Below are positions 8,200 through 16,595 of a DNA stretch of 29,429 nucleotides, one piece after another (position 1 is the stretch's first letter; each line of letters starts with the position of its first letter). The position numbers and the translations under genes were made by a program. Origin of the DNA: Candidatus Micrarchaeia archaeon (GTDB lineage Archaea > Micrarchaeota > Micrarchaeia > Micrarchaeales > CABMGC01); assembly GCA_049976845.1 (NCBI GenBank), contig JBMFHL010000008.1, positions 1 through 29,429 on the forward strand. Direction: 5' to 3'. The notes below the pieces were generated by a model. It was not told the origin of the DNA, ran no database searches, and saw nothing but the letters and a program-made list of their open reading frames with translations.

Positions 8200-10260
8200 T
8201 TATTCCTCGTCGTGCTTGACAATTTTTATTATTCCTGGCTTAGGGCTGTATATGTCGCCGCTGCGCTCTAGCTCATTTATGTATCTTGTTGTTGTAGCCC
8301 TGTCAATACCTTGTTTCTCAGCCTCCTCAAGCACTCTTATGACTTTTGCATTCTGCTCCTGCTCCTCAAGCGTCTTCACAATTTTCATTATCACATTTAT
8401 CTTATCTACCTTCTCTCGCGGCATGCCGGTAAGCAGCGTGTCGATATCTTTCCTGCCTCCCCTATCAACCGCAAGCGTAGTAAGCATATAGTCAAAGAGT
8501 GATATTGCAAGTTCAGCATCCTTAAGCTCTATCTTCTCCGAGAGCCTTGATTTTGCACTTGCTTCTGCAAGCCTGATAAGCCCTTCTATCTGCCTTGGTG
8601 TCATTGGCACTGCGCCTTGTTTTATGCCAAGCTTCCTAAGCTCTACATAAAAATCTTGTATTCTATTGCTTGCCTCTGCTGCCAATATGGGCTTTACCTG
8701 CTGCCTTGCATAAGCGATATACTTCCTAAGCAGTTCAGCATCTATTGGAGGGGCCTCCACCTGCTCATAATTTTCCACCTGCGCAATTTTAGCGCCTGCC
8801 GCCTCATGCTGCACCAATATGTGCTTTGCTATCTTCTTGTCCTGCTCCTCGTCAAGAACATCCCTTATTGGAAAGATAAGGTCAAACCTGGAAAGCAGAG
8901 CCGGTGGTATATTGAACTGGTCTGCAGGATACTGGTTCTGCTCGAATCTTCCATATTTGGGATTGGCAGCTGCAAGTACGGCAGCCTTAGCATTGAATCT
9001 TGCAACTATTCCTGCCTTCGCAACGCTTATTGTCTGGGATTCAAGCGCCTCGAGCAAGGCCGATTTGTCATCATCACTTATCTTGTCAAATTCATCAATG
9101 CTCACCTCTCCCCCAGAGCCAAGAACAAGTGCGCCAGCTTTCAAGGTCCATCCTCCTTCCGCAAGCTCATCCCTCTCCGCAGAAGCAGTCAGGCCAGCTG
9201 AGCTGGTAGACTTTCCGCTTACATATATTCCTTTTGGCACTATCGTGGTTACTGCTTGAAGCAGCCTTGTTTTAGCAGAGCCAGGATCGCCTATCAAAAG
9301 TATGTGTATATCGCTTCTTATAGGCCCTCCATCAACAAGCTTCTTGTCCGGCGTTCCGCCGAAAAGCTGCAGTGCCAAAGCCTTTTTTATCTCGTCATAC
9401 CCATATATTGAAGGGGCTATTGATTTGGCAATTTTCTCAAATACGTGCGGGTCCTTTGCAAGCTCCCTTATCATCTTTTCTTCATCCGGCGTTACTTCTA
9501 TCTCTATAAACTCTTTCTGCCTTGGCTTGAGCGAAACCGCATCGAAGAGCATCGTGAACAAGCTTTTCTCCTCTTTTCCCTTGGAATTGCGCCTAGGCCT
9601 TATCCTAAGTATGCCTGTAACATCAACTCTGTCCCCAGGTATCACTGTATTTACAAGATCATCCTCAAGCCACACTTCAAGCTGCCATGTCGGCGTGCTT
9701 CCTCTTAGCCTCTCTAGCGGGTCCTGTACTGCAATCCTCTGCAGATTTATGAATTCCGATTCTTCATTGACTTGCTTGAGCGATCTCCTCTTGCATTGTG
9801 GGCAGAATTCGGGTATATTCTCGTTGTCTATGTTAACCTTTATTACAGTGTTGCAATATGAGCATTTGAAGACTCCAAGATGCACCTTCGGGGTTATTTC
9901 AGATCTCTTCACGATTAGTGCATCTAAGGTTAGCAATTTACCTATATACTCTGAGCCAACATCCTGTATCAATATGCCTTCTGGATTTAGCCCTGTAAAC
10001 CTTGCATGTACTGGCTCTTCAAGGTCTGGATTTGGGCTCATAGCAGCAAGCGCTGCATTTGCAATAGGTATTATATCATCTGGCTTGTTTATCAATTCGC
10101 TCGCAATATCGCTGTCATACTTTTCAAGATCTTTAATGTAGATGAGAAGGCTCCTTTTTTTAGGGTAGCCAATATACATTTCGTTGATTTGATCTATATA
10201 ATATATATTGAAGAAGTCTATGAATTTGTTTTTATATTCCTCTCTGGCTATGTCCTCCAT
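8200..10260 (-). CDS. mcm: replicative helicase MCM
   Basis: C4 zinc finger (CSYC/CPQC), Walker A GDPGSAKT, Walker B IDEFDK, arginine finger SRFD, C-terminal wHTH; no intein. Confidence 0.97.
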   Translation of the reverse strand: MEDIAREEYKNKFIDFFNIYYIDQINEMYIGYPKKRSLLIYIKDLEKYDSDIASELINKPDDIIPIANAALAAMSPNPDLEEPVHARFTGLNPEGILIQDVGSEYIGKLLTLDALIVKRSEITPKVHLGVFKCSYCNTVIKVNIDNENIPEFCPQCKRRSLKQVNEESEFINLQRIAVQDPLERLRGSTPTWQLEVWLEDDLVNTVIPGDRVDVTGILRIRPRRNSKGKEEKSLFTMLFDAVSLKPRQKEFIEIEVTPDEEKMIRELAKDPHVFEKIAKSIAPSIYGYDEIKKALALQLFGGTPDKKLVDGGPIRSDIHILLIGDPGSAKTRLLQAVTTIVPKGIYVSGKSTSSAGLTASAERDELAEGGWTLKAGALVLGSGGEVSIDEFDKISDDDKSALLEALESQTISVAKAGIVARFNAKAAVLAAANPKYGRFEQNQYPADQFNIPPALLSRFDLIFPIRDVLDEEQDKKIAKHILVQHEAAGAKIAQVENYEQVEAPPIDAELLRKYIAYARQQVKPILAAEASNRIQDFYVELRKLGIKQGAVPMTPRQIEGLIRLAEASAKSRLSEKIELKDAELAISLFDYMLTTLAVDRGGRKDIDTLLTGMPREKVDKINVIMKIVKTLEEQEQNAKVIRVLEEAEKQGIDRATTTRYINELERSGDIYSPKPGIIKIVKHDEE

Positions 10261-10344
10261 AATTAACCCCCAAGCAGCATTCAGTAATATTAATCAAAAA
10301 CAATAAAAAATGTATCTAATAAATCATATTACTGGAATGATTTG

Positions 10345-12012
10345 ATGAAATATATAATAACCTCTGCACTTCCTTATGCTTCAGGAATACCTCACTTAGG
10401 CAATATGGTAGGCTCTGTACTTCCTGCTGACATATTCTTCAAATTCATGAAAATGTGCAATGAAGATGCCATATTCATTTGTGGCTCTGACCAGCATGGC
10501 ACGCCTATAGAATTAGAAGCTTTAAAAAAGAAGGTAAAGCCCAGCGAATTTGCAGATTCGATGCATCTGAAGATAAAAGAAGGATACGAAAATTTTGGAT
10601 GCGAATTTACCTACTATGGGAAAACAGCCACGGAGGAAAATAAAGAAGTAGTTTATGAGATTTTCAACAACCTAAATGAAAACGGCTACATAACGAGGAT
10701 CAAGTCTGAGCAGGCGTACTGCACATTTGACAAGAGATTTCTAAGTGACAGGTTCATAGAGGGAACATGTCCATACTGCGGCTATGCCAGCGCCCGTGGG
10801 GATCAATGCGATAACTGCGGAAGGCTTCTGAATCCAAAAGATTTGGTAAAGCCGCATTGTACAATCTGCGGAAAAGAAAGCATTGAGTTCAGGGAAACCG
10901 AAAATCTTGCTTTTGACATGAAGCTGCTTGACAAACAGATATCAGATTTCATAAAGGAGAATTCGAAAAACAACTGGAGCAAGAACGCCATAAACCATTC
11001 GTTAAACTACATAAAGCGCGGGCTTGAGGCAAGGGAGATAACAAGGGATTTAAAATGGGGTTTTGAAGTTCCATTAGAGGGATTCAAAGACAAGGTGTTC
11101 TATGTATGGTTCGATGCGGTGATAGGTTATATAGGCATAACCAAAGAGTGGAGCAAGTCAAAGTGGCAGGAATACTGGAAAGGTGATACTGAGCTTATCC
11201 AGTTCATGGGCAAAGACAATATAGAATTCCACACTCTGCTCTGGCCGGGGATTTTAATCGGCTCCAAACTCGGGTATGTGCTTCCGCACACAATATACGC
11301 ATACGAGTACTTGAACTCAGGCAAGCTCAAGTTCTCAAAAAGCAGGGGCATAGGCCTCAACATAGAAAATGCGCTCGAAATAATGCCCTCCGACTATTGG
11401 AGATTTGTTCTTGCAGAGCTGCTTCCAGAAGGCGCCGATGTCGAATTCTCTGTAGAAAGGGTAAAGGAAATCGTTGACAATGACATGAACAATATAATAG
11501 GTAATTTTGTACACAGAACCCTTTCTCTAGCGAAGTCAAATACTTCAAGCACAGTTCCAGAATTCAACGAAGAACTGCTGGACAAAGACGCAAAGGAGTT
11601 CATTAAAAAAAGGGAAGAAGCAGAGAAGAAATATATTGAAAGCTTTAGGAACATACAAATAAGGGAAGCACTCCATTCAATAATAGAAATATCTTCGCTT
11701 GGAAATGCATATATAAGTGCAACAGAGCCCTGGGTGCTTGCAAAGTCGGAAACAGAAGATGCAAGGCGCAGGCTTGGAAACATAATGTACCTGCTTCTTG
11801 ACACTGTATACAAAATATCAAATCTGCTTTATCCGTTTACGCCAAAAGCAAGCCTTGCGCTGCTTAAAAGGTTTAACATGGAGCACGCTGAAGCTTCATG
11901 CACTGTAAGCAGCATCAGGAGCGGCTCAAAAATAGACCTAAGCAATTTAGAACCTATATTCAGCAAGTTAACTGACAAGATGCTGGGCAGTTTCAAGAAA
12001 TACAAAGAGTAA
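10345..12012 (+). CDS. metG: methionine--tRNA ligase (short form without the C-terminal OB domain)
   Basis: ITSALPY..HLGN (HIGH motif), zinc knuckles, YVWFDA, GKDNIEFH, KFSKS (KMSKS motif). Start is ATG 10345 or TTG 10342. Confidence 0.96.
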   Translation: MKYIITSALPYASGIPHLGNMVGSVLPADIFFKFMKMCNEDAIFICGSDQHGTPIELEALKKKVKPSEFADSMHLKIKEGYENFGCEFTYYGKTATEENKEVVYEIFNNLNENGYITRIKSEQAYCTFDKRFLSDRFIEGTCPYCGYASARGDQCDNCGRLLNPKDLVKPHCTICGKESIEFRETENLAFDMKLLDKQISDFIKENSKNNWSKNAINHSLNYIKRGLEAREITRDLKWGFEVPLEGFKDKVFYVWFDAVIGYIGITKEWSKSKWQEYWKGDTELIQFMGKDNIEFHTLLWPGILIGSKLGYVLPHTIYAYEYLNSGKLKFSKSRGIGLNIENALEIMPSDYWRFVLAELLPEGADVEFSVERVKEIVDNDMNNIIGNFVHRTLSLAKSNTSSTVPEFNEELLDKDAKEFIKKREEAEKKYIESFRNIQIREALHSIIEISSLGNAYISATEPWVLAKSETEDARRRLGNIMYLLLDTVYKISNLLYPFTPKASLALLKRFNMEHAEASCTVSSIRSGSKIDLSNLEPIFSKLTDKMLGSFKKYKE

Positions 12013-12025
12013 AACAAAATTCCAT

Positions 12026-12565
12026 TCAGGTATATTTGACAGTGAATGACGCTACCTTTTGTACTGTGTTACCGTATCCTGGGATCGTGTAGTTAAGCCA
12101 TATAAAGCCGTAGAATGCATCGCCAAGCGCCCCAGTGGCAACGCCTCCTGCTTCATAGCAGTTGGTTTCAAACATATTCCCGCTGCCGCTATAGACAACA
12201 ATGCCGTTTGAAAGTGCATTGTTCGGATATGCATTATAAGGATAGTAAGCAGGATTAGAGGTTACATATATATTGCCATAAGCCGGCAGGCTGCCTGTCG
12301 CATTCTGCGAGGCGGAGCATGCAATACCTTTCACGGTTATTGGTCCGCCTGTTGCCTGTGCAAGATATATACTCATGGCGCCTGTAGTGTTTATTGAAAA
12401 CAACGAGCACGAAAAACCAGGTTCCGGCGTGCAAGAAACGGGCGCCGCAGTCGGATTCAGGACACCCACTTTATATATTACAGCGACAGCTATCACGATT
12501 ATTATTATTGCTATTCCGTAAGACATTAGGAAATCAACGGAAGCTTGCGCTTTCAAACGCATCAT
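12026..12565 (-). CDS. pilin-like protein with a class III signal peptide
   Basis: N-terminus RLKA|QASVDFLMSYG followed by a hydrophobic helix; Cys-containing, beta-rich, N/S/T/G-rich ectodomain. Confidence 0.72.
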   Translation of the reverse strand: MMRLKAQASVDFLMSYGIAIIIIVIAVAVIYKVGVLNPTAAPVSCTPEPGFSCSLFSINTTGAMSIYLAQATGGPITVKGIACSASQNATGSLPAYGNIYVTSNPAYYPYNAYPNNALSNGIVVYSGSGNMFETNCYEAGGVATGALGDAFYGFIWLNYTIPGYGNTVQKVASFTVKYT

Positions 12566-13176
12566 CTTGCCTTTATCTCCATTTTGGCCTCGAAATCAGA
12601 GATATTGTAGTTGAATTCCTCATTAGACTTTATTATACCTTTCTCTTTCAGGTATTCCCTAGCAAGAAGATAATATACAACTGCAAGCGATCTCCTTCCC
12701 TTGTTGTTGCATGGTATTATAAGGTCAACGAATTTTACCCAGTTGTCTGTGTCGCACAGCGCAATGACCGGTATGCCTGTTTTGCTTGCCTCTTTTATCG
12801 CCTGCCTCTCATTCCTTGTATCGCTGATTAAAACTATGCCAGGCTCGATGAAATCCTTCCTGTTAGGATTTGTGAAGATCCCAGGCATAACGCGACCCTG
12901 CATAAACTTCATTTTTGTTATCTCTGCAAATTTTGAAGCTGCTGAAATTGCATAAATTCTAGAAGCGGTAACTACTACCTCTTTTTCATCGTATCTCGCA
13001 AGAGTCTTAGCAGCAATCTTTATCCTATTGTCTATTACTGGAAGGTCAAGAAGGTAAAGCCCATCTTCCCTAACCTTGTATATAAACTTCTTCATTCCTG
13101 GAGTTTTAATCTTAGTGCCTATATGCACGCCAGCTTCCAAATATGTCGCTTGATCTATAAGTAATTCATTGCCCAT
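12562..13176 (-). CDS. rps2: 30S ribosomal protein S2 (uS2)
   Basis: Motifs YLEAGVHIGTK, PGIFTNP, IPVIALCDTDN, IPCNNKGRRSL. Confidence 0.97.
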   Translation of the reverse strand: MGNELLIDQATYLEAGVHIGTKIKTPGMKKFIYKVREDGLYLLDLPVIDNRIKIAAKTLARYDEKEVVVTASRIYAISAASKFAEITKMKFMQGRVMPGIFTNPNRKDFIEPGIVLISDTRNERQAIKEASKTGIPVIALCDTDNWVKFVDLIIPCNNKGRRSLAVVYYLLAREYLKEKGIIKSNEEFNYNISDFEAKMEIKAR

Positions 13177-13193
13177 ACAAACACCATATATTT

Positions 13194-13291
13194 CGGGGTC
13201 GCCGAGATTTTCATTCTCATTTTGAATTCCCGACGTTCTCGGGTCATGTGCCCCCTAAGCACAGAGCCTGACCAGGCTAGCAGACGACCCC
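13194..13291 (-). tRNA. tRNA-Pro(AGG) with two introns: 53/54 (11 nt, 13227-13237) and 59/60 (13 nt, 13208-13220)
   Basis: Acceptor GGGGTCG/CGACCCC; D-loop AGCCTGGTCA; anticodon arm TGTGC-TTAGGGG-GCACA; T-stem CCGAG/CTCGG. Removing both inserts restores TTCAAAT. It occupies the usual tRNA-Pro slot after rpoN. Confidence 0.88.
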
Positions 13292-13339
13292 TTATCTGTT
13301 ATTTAACTGCAATTGGTTTTTATCCTTATCGCTTCCTAG

Positions 13340-13537
13340 TCATTTCCTTCCGTACTCTATTACTTCATCTATGAGGTCTACATGCCCTACAAGCATTCTC
13401 CTGCAGCAATATCTTTTAACACCAAGGTCATCAAGTGCCTTCTCGGGGTCTTCTCCTTTGTCAACCTTATCTTTGAATTTCTCCCATTTGTTTCCTATCA
13501 CTTGGCCGCAGGAAAAACATCTTACTGGTATCATCAT
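13340..13537 (-). CDS. rpo10: DNA-directed RNA polymerase subunit N (Rpo10)
   Basis: [10 protein letters not shown]...[14 protein letters not shown]. Confidence 0.97.
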   Translation of the reverse strand: MMIPVRCFSCGQVIGNKWEKFKDKVDKGEDPEKALDDLGVKRYCCRRMLVGHVDLIDEVIEYGRK

Positions 13538-13546
13538 ATTAACACC

Positions 13547-14059
13547 TTACCTGTATGAGGTCTGGAACCTCGCCCTTGCTTTAGGGCCTTTGAACTTCTT
13601 TGGCTCTACCTGCCTCACATCGTCAACAAGCAGTGCCCTATCATATTTCATATATGCCTTCCTAACAACGTCGCTGCCCGCAGCTTCCGCTATTGCTTTT
13701 GCTATTGCTGTTCTAGCAGCTTGAGCTTGTCCACTAATCCCTCCTCCTCTAACATTCACTTTTATGTCAGAAGCGTCTGCTATCTCTTTTGTAAAGCTCG
13801 AAAAGTTGACGGGCTCCAATATAAGCTCCCTTATCTCTTCAGGTTTTATCATGTCAACATTTACATTATTCACTCTTATAGTGCCATTGCCCTTCACAAG
13901 CCTGACTCTTGCAACAGCGCTTTTCCTTTTCCCTTTGGCGAGCACGACCTTCTGCTTTATGCCCCTCCTCTTCTGCTTGGCTCCCTTTTTCTCTGCTTGG
14001 GCAGGCGCAAGCGAGCCAAGTTCTTTGTTCAGATTTTCTATATTTTGGTCCTGTGCCAC
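13547..14059 (-). CDS. rps9: 30S ribosomal protein S9 (uS9), N-terminally extended
   Basis: Motifs GKRKSAVAR, VRGGGISGQAQA, EPKKFKGPKARARFQTSYR. Confidence 0.96.
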   Translation of the reverse strand: MAQDQNIENLNKELGSLAPAQAEKKGAKQKRRGIKQKVVLAKGKRKSAVARVRLVKGNGTIRVNNVNVDMIKPEEIRELILEPVNFSSFTKEIADASDIKVNVRGGGISGQAQAARTAIAKAIAEAAGSDVVRKAYMKYDRALLVDDVRQVEPKKFKGPKARARFQTSYR

Positions 14060-14063
14060 AAAA

Positions 14064-14501
14064 TCACTCCCTAACGTAACCTAATTTCTTGGAAAATTCT
14101 CCAACTGAAATAGTTCTCTCAAACATATCATAAGACTTATTTTTGTCCAACTCGACATACTTCTTGTCTTTATATTCTGAAGGAATCCCTATATAAACCC
14201 TAAGCAGTTTGTAAGCTTTCTTGCCTTTTGCTTTCTTATAAGGCAGCATGCCTCTTATAACCCTCTTTACAAACAAATCAGGCTTCCTTGACCAGTATGG
14301 AGAATGTTCTGGATTTGCCTTGTCCCTCAAATCCATTTTTCTCTTGTATTCTTCCAGAATATCATCGATATGACCGCTTATAAGTACCTTATCTGCATTA
14401 AGCAAGACAACATGCTCGTTCTGAATAAGCATCTTGGCTATCCTGCTTGCTACCCTACCCAATATCATGCCTTTGCCATCAACTATCTTCTCATCGCTCA
14501 T
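14064..14501 (-). CDS. rpl13: 50S ribosomal protein L13 (uL13)
   Basis: Motifs ILGRVASRIAK and RVIRGMLPYK; lies between L18e and S9. Confidence 0.95.
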   Translation of the reverse strand: MSDEKIVDGKGMILGRVASRIAKMLIQNEHVVLLNADKVLISGHIDDILEEYKRKMDLRDKANPEHSPYWSRKPDLFVKRVIRGMLPYKKAKGKKAYKLLRVYIGIPSEYKDKKYVELDKNKSYDMFERTISVGEFSKKLGYVRE

Positions 14502-14513
14502 GCCAAAACCCTG

Positions 14514-14864
14514 TCATATTATAATCCTAGCATTCTTAGCCTTAAGGGCTTCTTCTATGCTTAACATATTGCATTTTCCCTTTTTAAGCTTTTCAATAGC
14601 AGAACCTGAATACTCAATTGCAGCAACGCTGAAGCTCTTGTTCACAGTGCCGACGCCCAGGATCTTGCCAGGAATTATTAAGCTTTCCCCCTCCTTCGCT
14701 ATCTTGTCGAGTCTGTTTAAGTTTACAACTACTCTGGATCTGCGTGGCTTAGCTACAATAGCTGCAAGTTCCTTGAGGAACTTCGGGCTTTTTGCCTTTT
14801 CTATTCTAGCCTTTTCTATAGAAGAAAGCCAATTGTTTATGCTGTTTTTCTCTATGTACTTCAT
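14514..14864 (-). CDS. rpl18e: 50S ribosomal protein L18e (eL18)
   Basis: Motifs PRRSRVVVNLNRL, IPGKILGVG, SAIEKL; conserved operon position. Confidence 0.92.
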   Translation of the reverse strand: MKYIEKNSINNWLSSIEKARIEKAKSPKFLKELAAIVAKPRRSRVVVNLNRLDKIAKEGESLIIPGKILGVGTVNKSFSVAAIEYSGSAIEKLKKGKCNMLSIEEALKAKNARIII

Positions 14865-14882
14865 TACATCACTCTATATTCA

Positions 14883-14982
14883 TGCGGGGGGTGAGATTTG
14901 AACTCACGCAAGCTCTAAAGCTACAGGAATTTTGAAAAAATTCCTCAATCCTGCGCGTTTGACCAAGCTCCGCCACCCCCGC
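14883..14982 (-). tRNA. tRNA-Leu(GAG) with a 13-nt canonical 37/38 intron (14930-14942)
   Basis: Acceptor GCGGGGG/CCCCCGC with A73; long variable arm; anticodon stem CAGGA/TCCTG. The intron AATTTTTTCAAAA forms a TTGA/TCAA helix with GG^A and AA^T cut sites. Confidence 0.93.
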
Positions 14983-14987
14983 GTAGA

Positions 14988-15563
14988 TCATTTTAACTCC
15001 TTTTGTGTAGCCTTTAGTTCTTCATCTAATATATCCAATGCTCTGTCTAGCATATCTCTTGCGGGCATCTGGCCAAAGGTTTCGATATAAAACTCAAACT
15101 CATTATCTGAAATAATTTCGTATGTTGCTAATCCAGGCTGGAATTTAGCACTTTTGCTTGCATTGCCAATTATAGCCTTGCCCTCAAGCTTGATCCTCTG
15201 CCCTTCGCCAAGCTTCATTATAGGTATATCCTCTATCGCCACCTTTACCTTCTTGTCGCTGCTTACAATGTCTTTTGAATATATCATGCCGGGTCCGTCC
15301 ATGTCTAAGCTAAAGAGCACTTCGTCCCCTTCGTCATAATCCTCTGGAGTTATTATAGGTATGAGCCCTATCCTGTGTGCTATGTACTCATCGAACATGG
15401 CGCTTGTATTAATATAAAAAGTAATCTTATCTATTGCGAAGCACTTCACGCTGCTTATTATAGTCCTCCTCAGCGCATTTACAAATTCTACGCTAGTATC
15501 ACTAATCTTGAATCTAACTGCTGCCGGAGAGGACTCTATGATGCTAACCTTCATATAATTCAC
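14988..15563 (-). CDS. rpo3: DNA-directed RNA polymerase subunit D (Rpo3), short form without the Fe-S domain
   Basis: Motifs FVNALRR, FDEYIAHRIGLIP, AKFQP, IETFGQM. The start may be ATG 15554. Confidence 0.94.
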   Translation of the reverse strand: MNYMKVSIIESSPAAVRFKISDTSVEFVNALRRTIISSVKCFAIDKITFYINTSAMFDEYIAHRIGLIPIITPEDYDEGDEVLFSLDMDGPGMIYSKDIVSSDKKVKVAIEDIPIMKLGEGQRIKLEGKAIIGNASKSAKFQPGLATYEIISDNEFEFYIETFGQMPARDMLDRALDILDEELKATQKELK

Positions 15564-15680
15564 AGAAATTAGCTAAGCTTTAGCTTATAGCTTAAATATA
15601 CTCATATTAATATATTTAATCCTTTCGGGCGCCGAAATGCAGTGCCTCAAGCGCATCTTTCCAGAAAAACCATTGCAATG

Positions 15681-16430
15681 CTACTTATAATTGAATTCTG
15701 GTCCTAACCTCCTGCCGTTTTTCCTGAGCCACACTACTGCCTCTTTGTAACGTGGGAAAGCCTGAGAGACAATGGCCCAGAAGCGCTCAGAATGATTAGG
15801 CTCCTTGATGTGGGCAATTTCATGGATTATAACATAATCAAGAATCCACTCTGGCGCAAAGAGCAGCAGAAAATTTATATGTATATTCCTGCTCCTTACA
15901 TTGCAGCTTCCCCATCTGCTTGAAGTAGACCTTATTGCAACTTTATTTACCTGCAATCCAAAGCTTCTCTCACCGATATCCCTAACCTTATTTGTGATTT
16001 TATCGAGCAATAATCTTGAGATAAGCCTTCTAGACCGTTTTGAGACTATTACTTCTTTTTCTTCTTCTCCAATGCCTATGGGGATTTTTATTAAAATAAT
16101 ATTCCCATGAAACGAGGCCCGAGTTCTTTTAATATGGTGCTCTTCTATAACAATCTTGAAATGGTCTCCATACAAATCAAACTCCTGCCCATCGTAAAAA
16201 TGAATTGCGCTGCTAATGCTGCCCCACCACGGATCTTTCCTTAACCTCCTTATAACCTTCTCGCGCAATGCCCTAAATACCTCTTCCTTCTCCTTCTCGC
16301 AATATCTCTTTGGCATCTTTATAACGACAACTCCATCGCGTACAGTAGCGCGAGCGATCTTCGAATCTGTATGCAAATACTCGACTTTGTATGCTCTGCC
16401 ATCTACTTCTATAACATTATCAAGTTGCAT
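15681..16430 (-). CDS. YgjP/DUF45-like zinc metallohydrolase (M48/SprT-like)
   Basis: SRWGSC, LDYVIIHEIAH (HExxH), NHSERFW. Confidence 0.88.
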   Translation of the reverse strand: MQLDNVIEVDGRAYKVEYLHTDSKIARATVRDGVVVIKMPKRYCEKEKEEVFRALREKVIRRLRKDPWWGSISSAIHFYDGQEFDLYGDHFKIVIEEHHIKRTRASFHGNIILIKIPIGIGEEEKEVIVSKRSRRLISRLLLDKITNKVRDIGERSFGLQVNKVAIRSTSSRWGSCNVRSRNIHINFLLLFAPEWILDYVIIHEIAHIKEPNHSERFWAIVSQAFPRYKEAVVWLRKNGRRLGPEFNYK

Positions 16431-16483
16431 GTTTGGTTTTTAATGCTACAAGAATATAAAATTAGCCATGTGCTTGATGTCAG

Positions 16484-16555
16484 CGCCCGAAGCAGGGATT
16501 GAACCTGCGACCTACTGGTTAACAGCCAGTCGCTCTACCACTGAGCTATTCGGGC
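16484..16555 (-). tRNA. tRNA-Asn(GTT), intronless
   Basis: Acceptor GCCCGAA/TTCGGGC with G73; ACTGG-CTGTTAA-CCAGT; GCAGG-TTCAATC-CCTGC; TTTATA box about 25 nt upstream. Confidence 0.96.
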
Positions 16556-16595
16556 ACAAAGTATTTTTTACATTACTTAATATAAATGTATTTAT

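Noticed and set aside
14988..15563. Rpo3 lacking the Fe-S domain as a novelty
   Set aside because: Short Fe-S-less Rpo3 forms are already known in several archaea.
15579..15588. TTTAGCTTAT present near both proposed inversion breakpoints (also at about 25206)
   Set aside because: The copies are direct rather than inverted, short and AT-rich; likely chance.
15623..15637. TTTCGGGCGCCGAAA hairpin sharing TTCGGGCG with the tRNA-Asn 3' end (possible att site)
   Set aside because: The match is only about 8 bp, inverted relative to the tRNA, with no integrase nearby; at most a small hairpin.
15681..16430. YgjP-like gene as a marker of a restriction-modification or defence island beside tRNA-Asn
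   Set aside because: There are no hsd, methylase, nuclease or integrase genes in the window.
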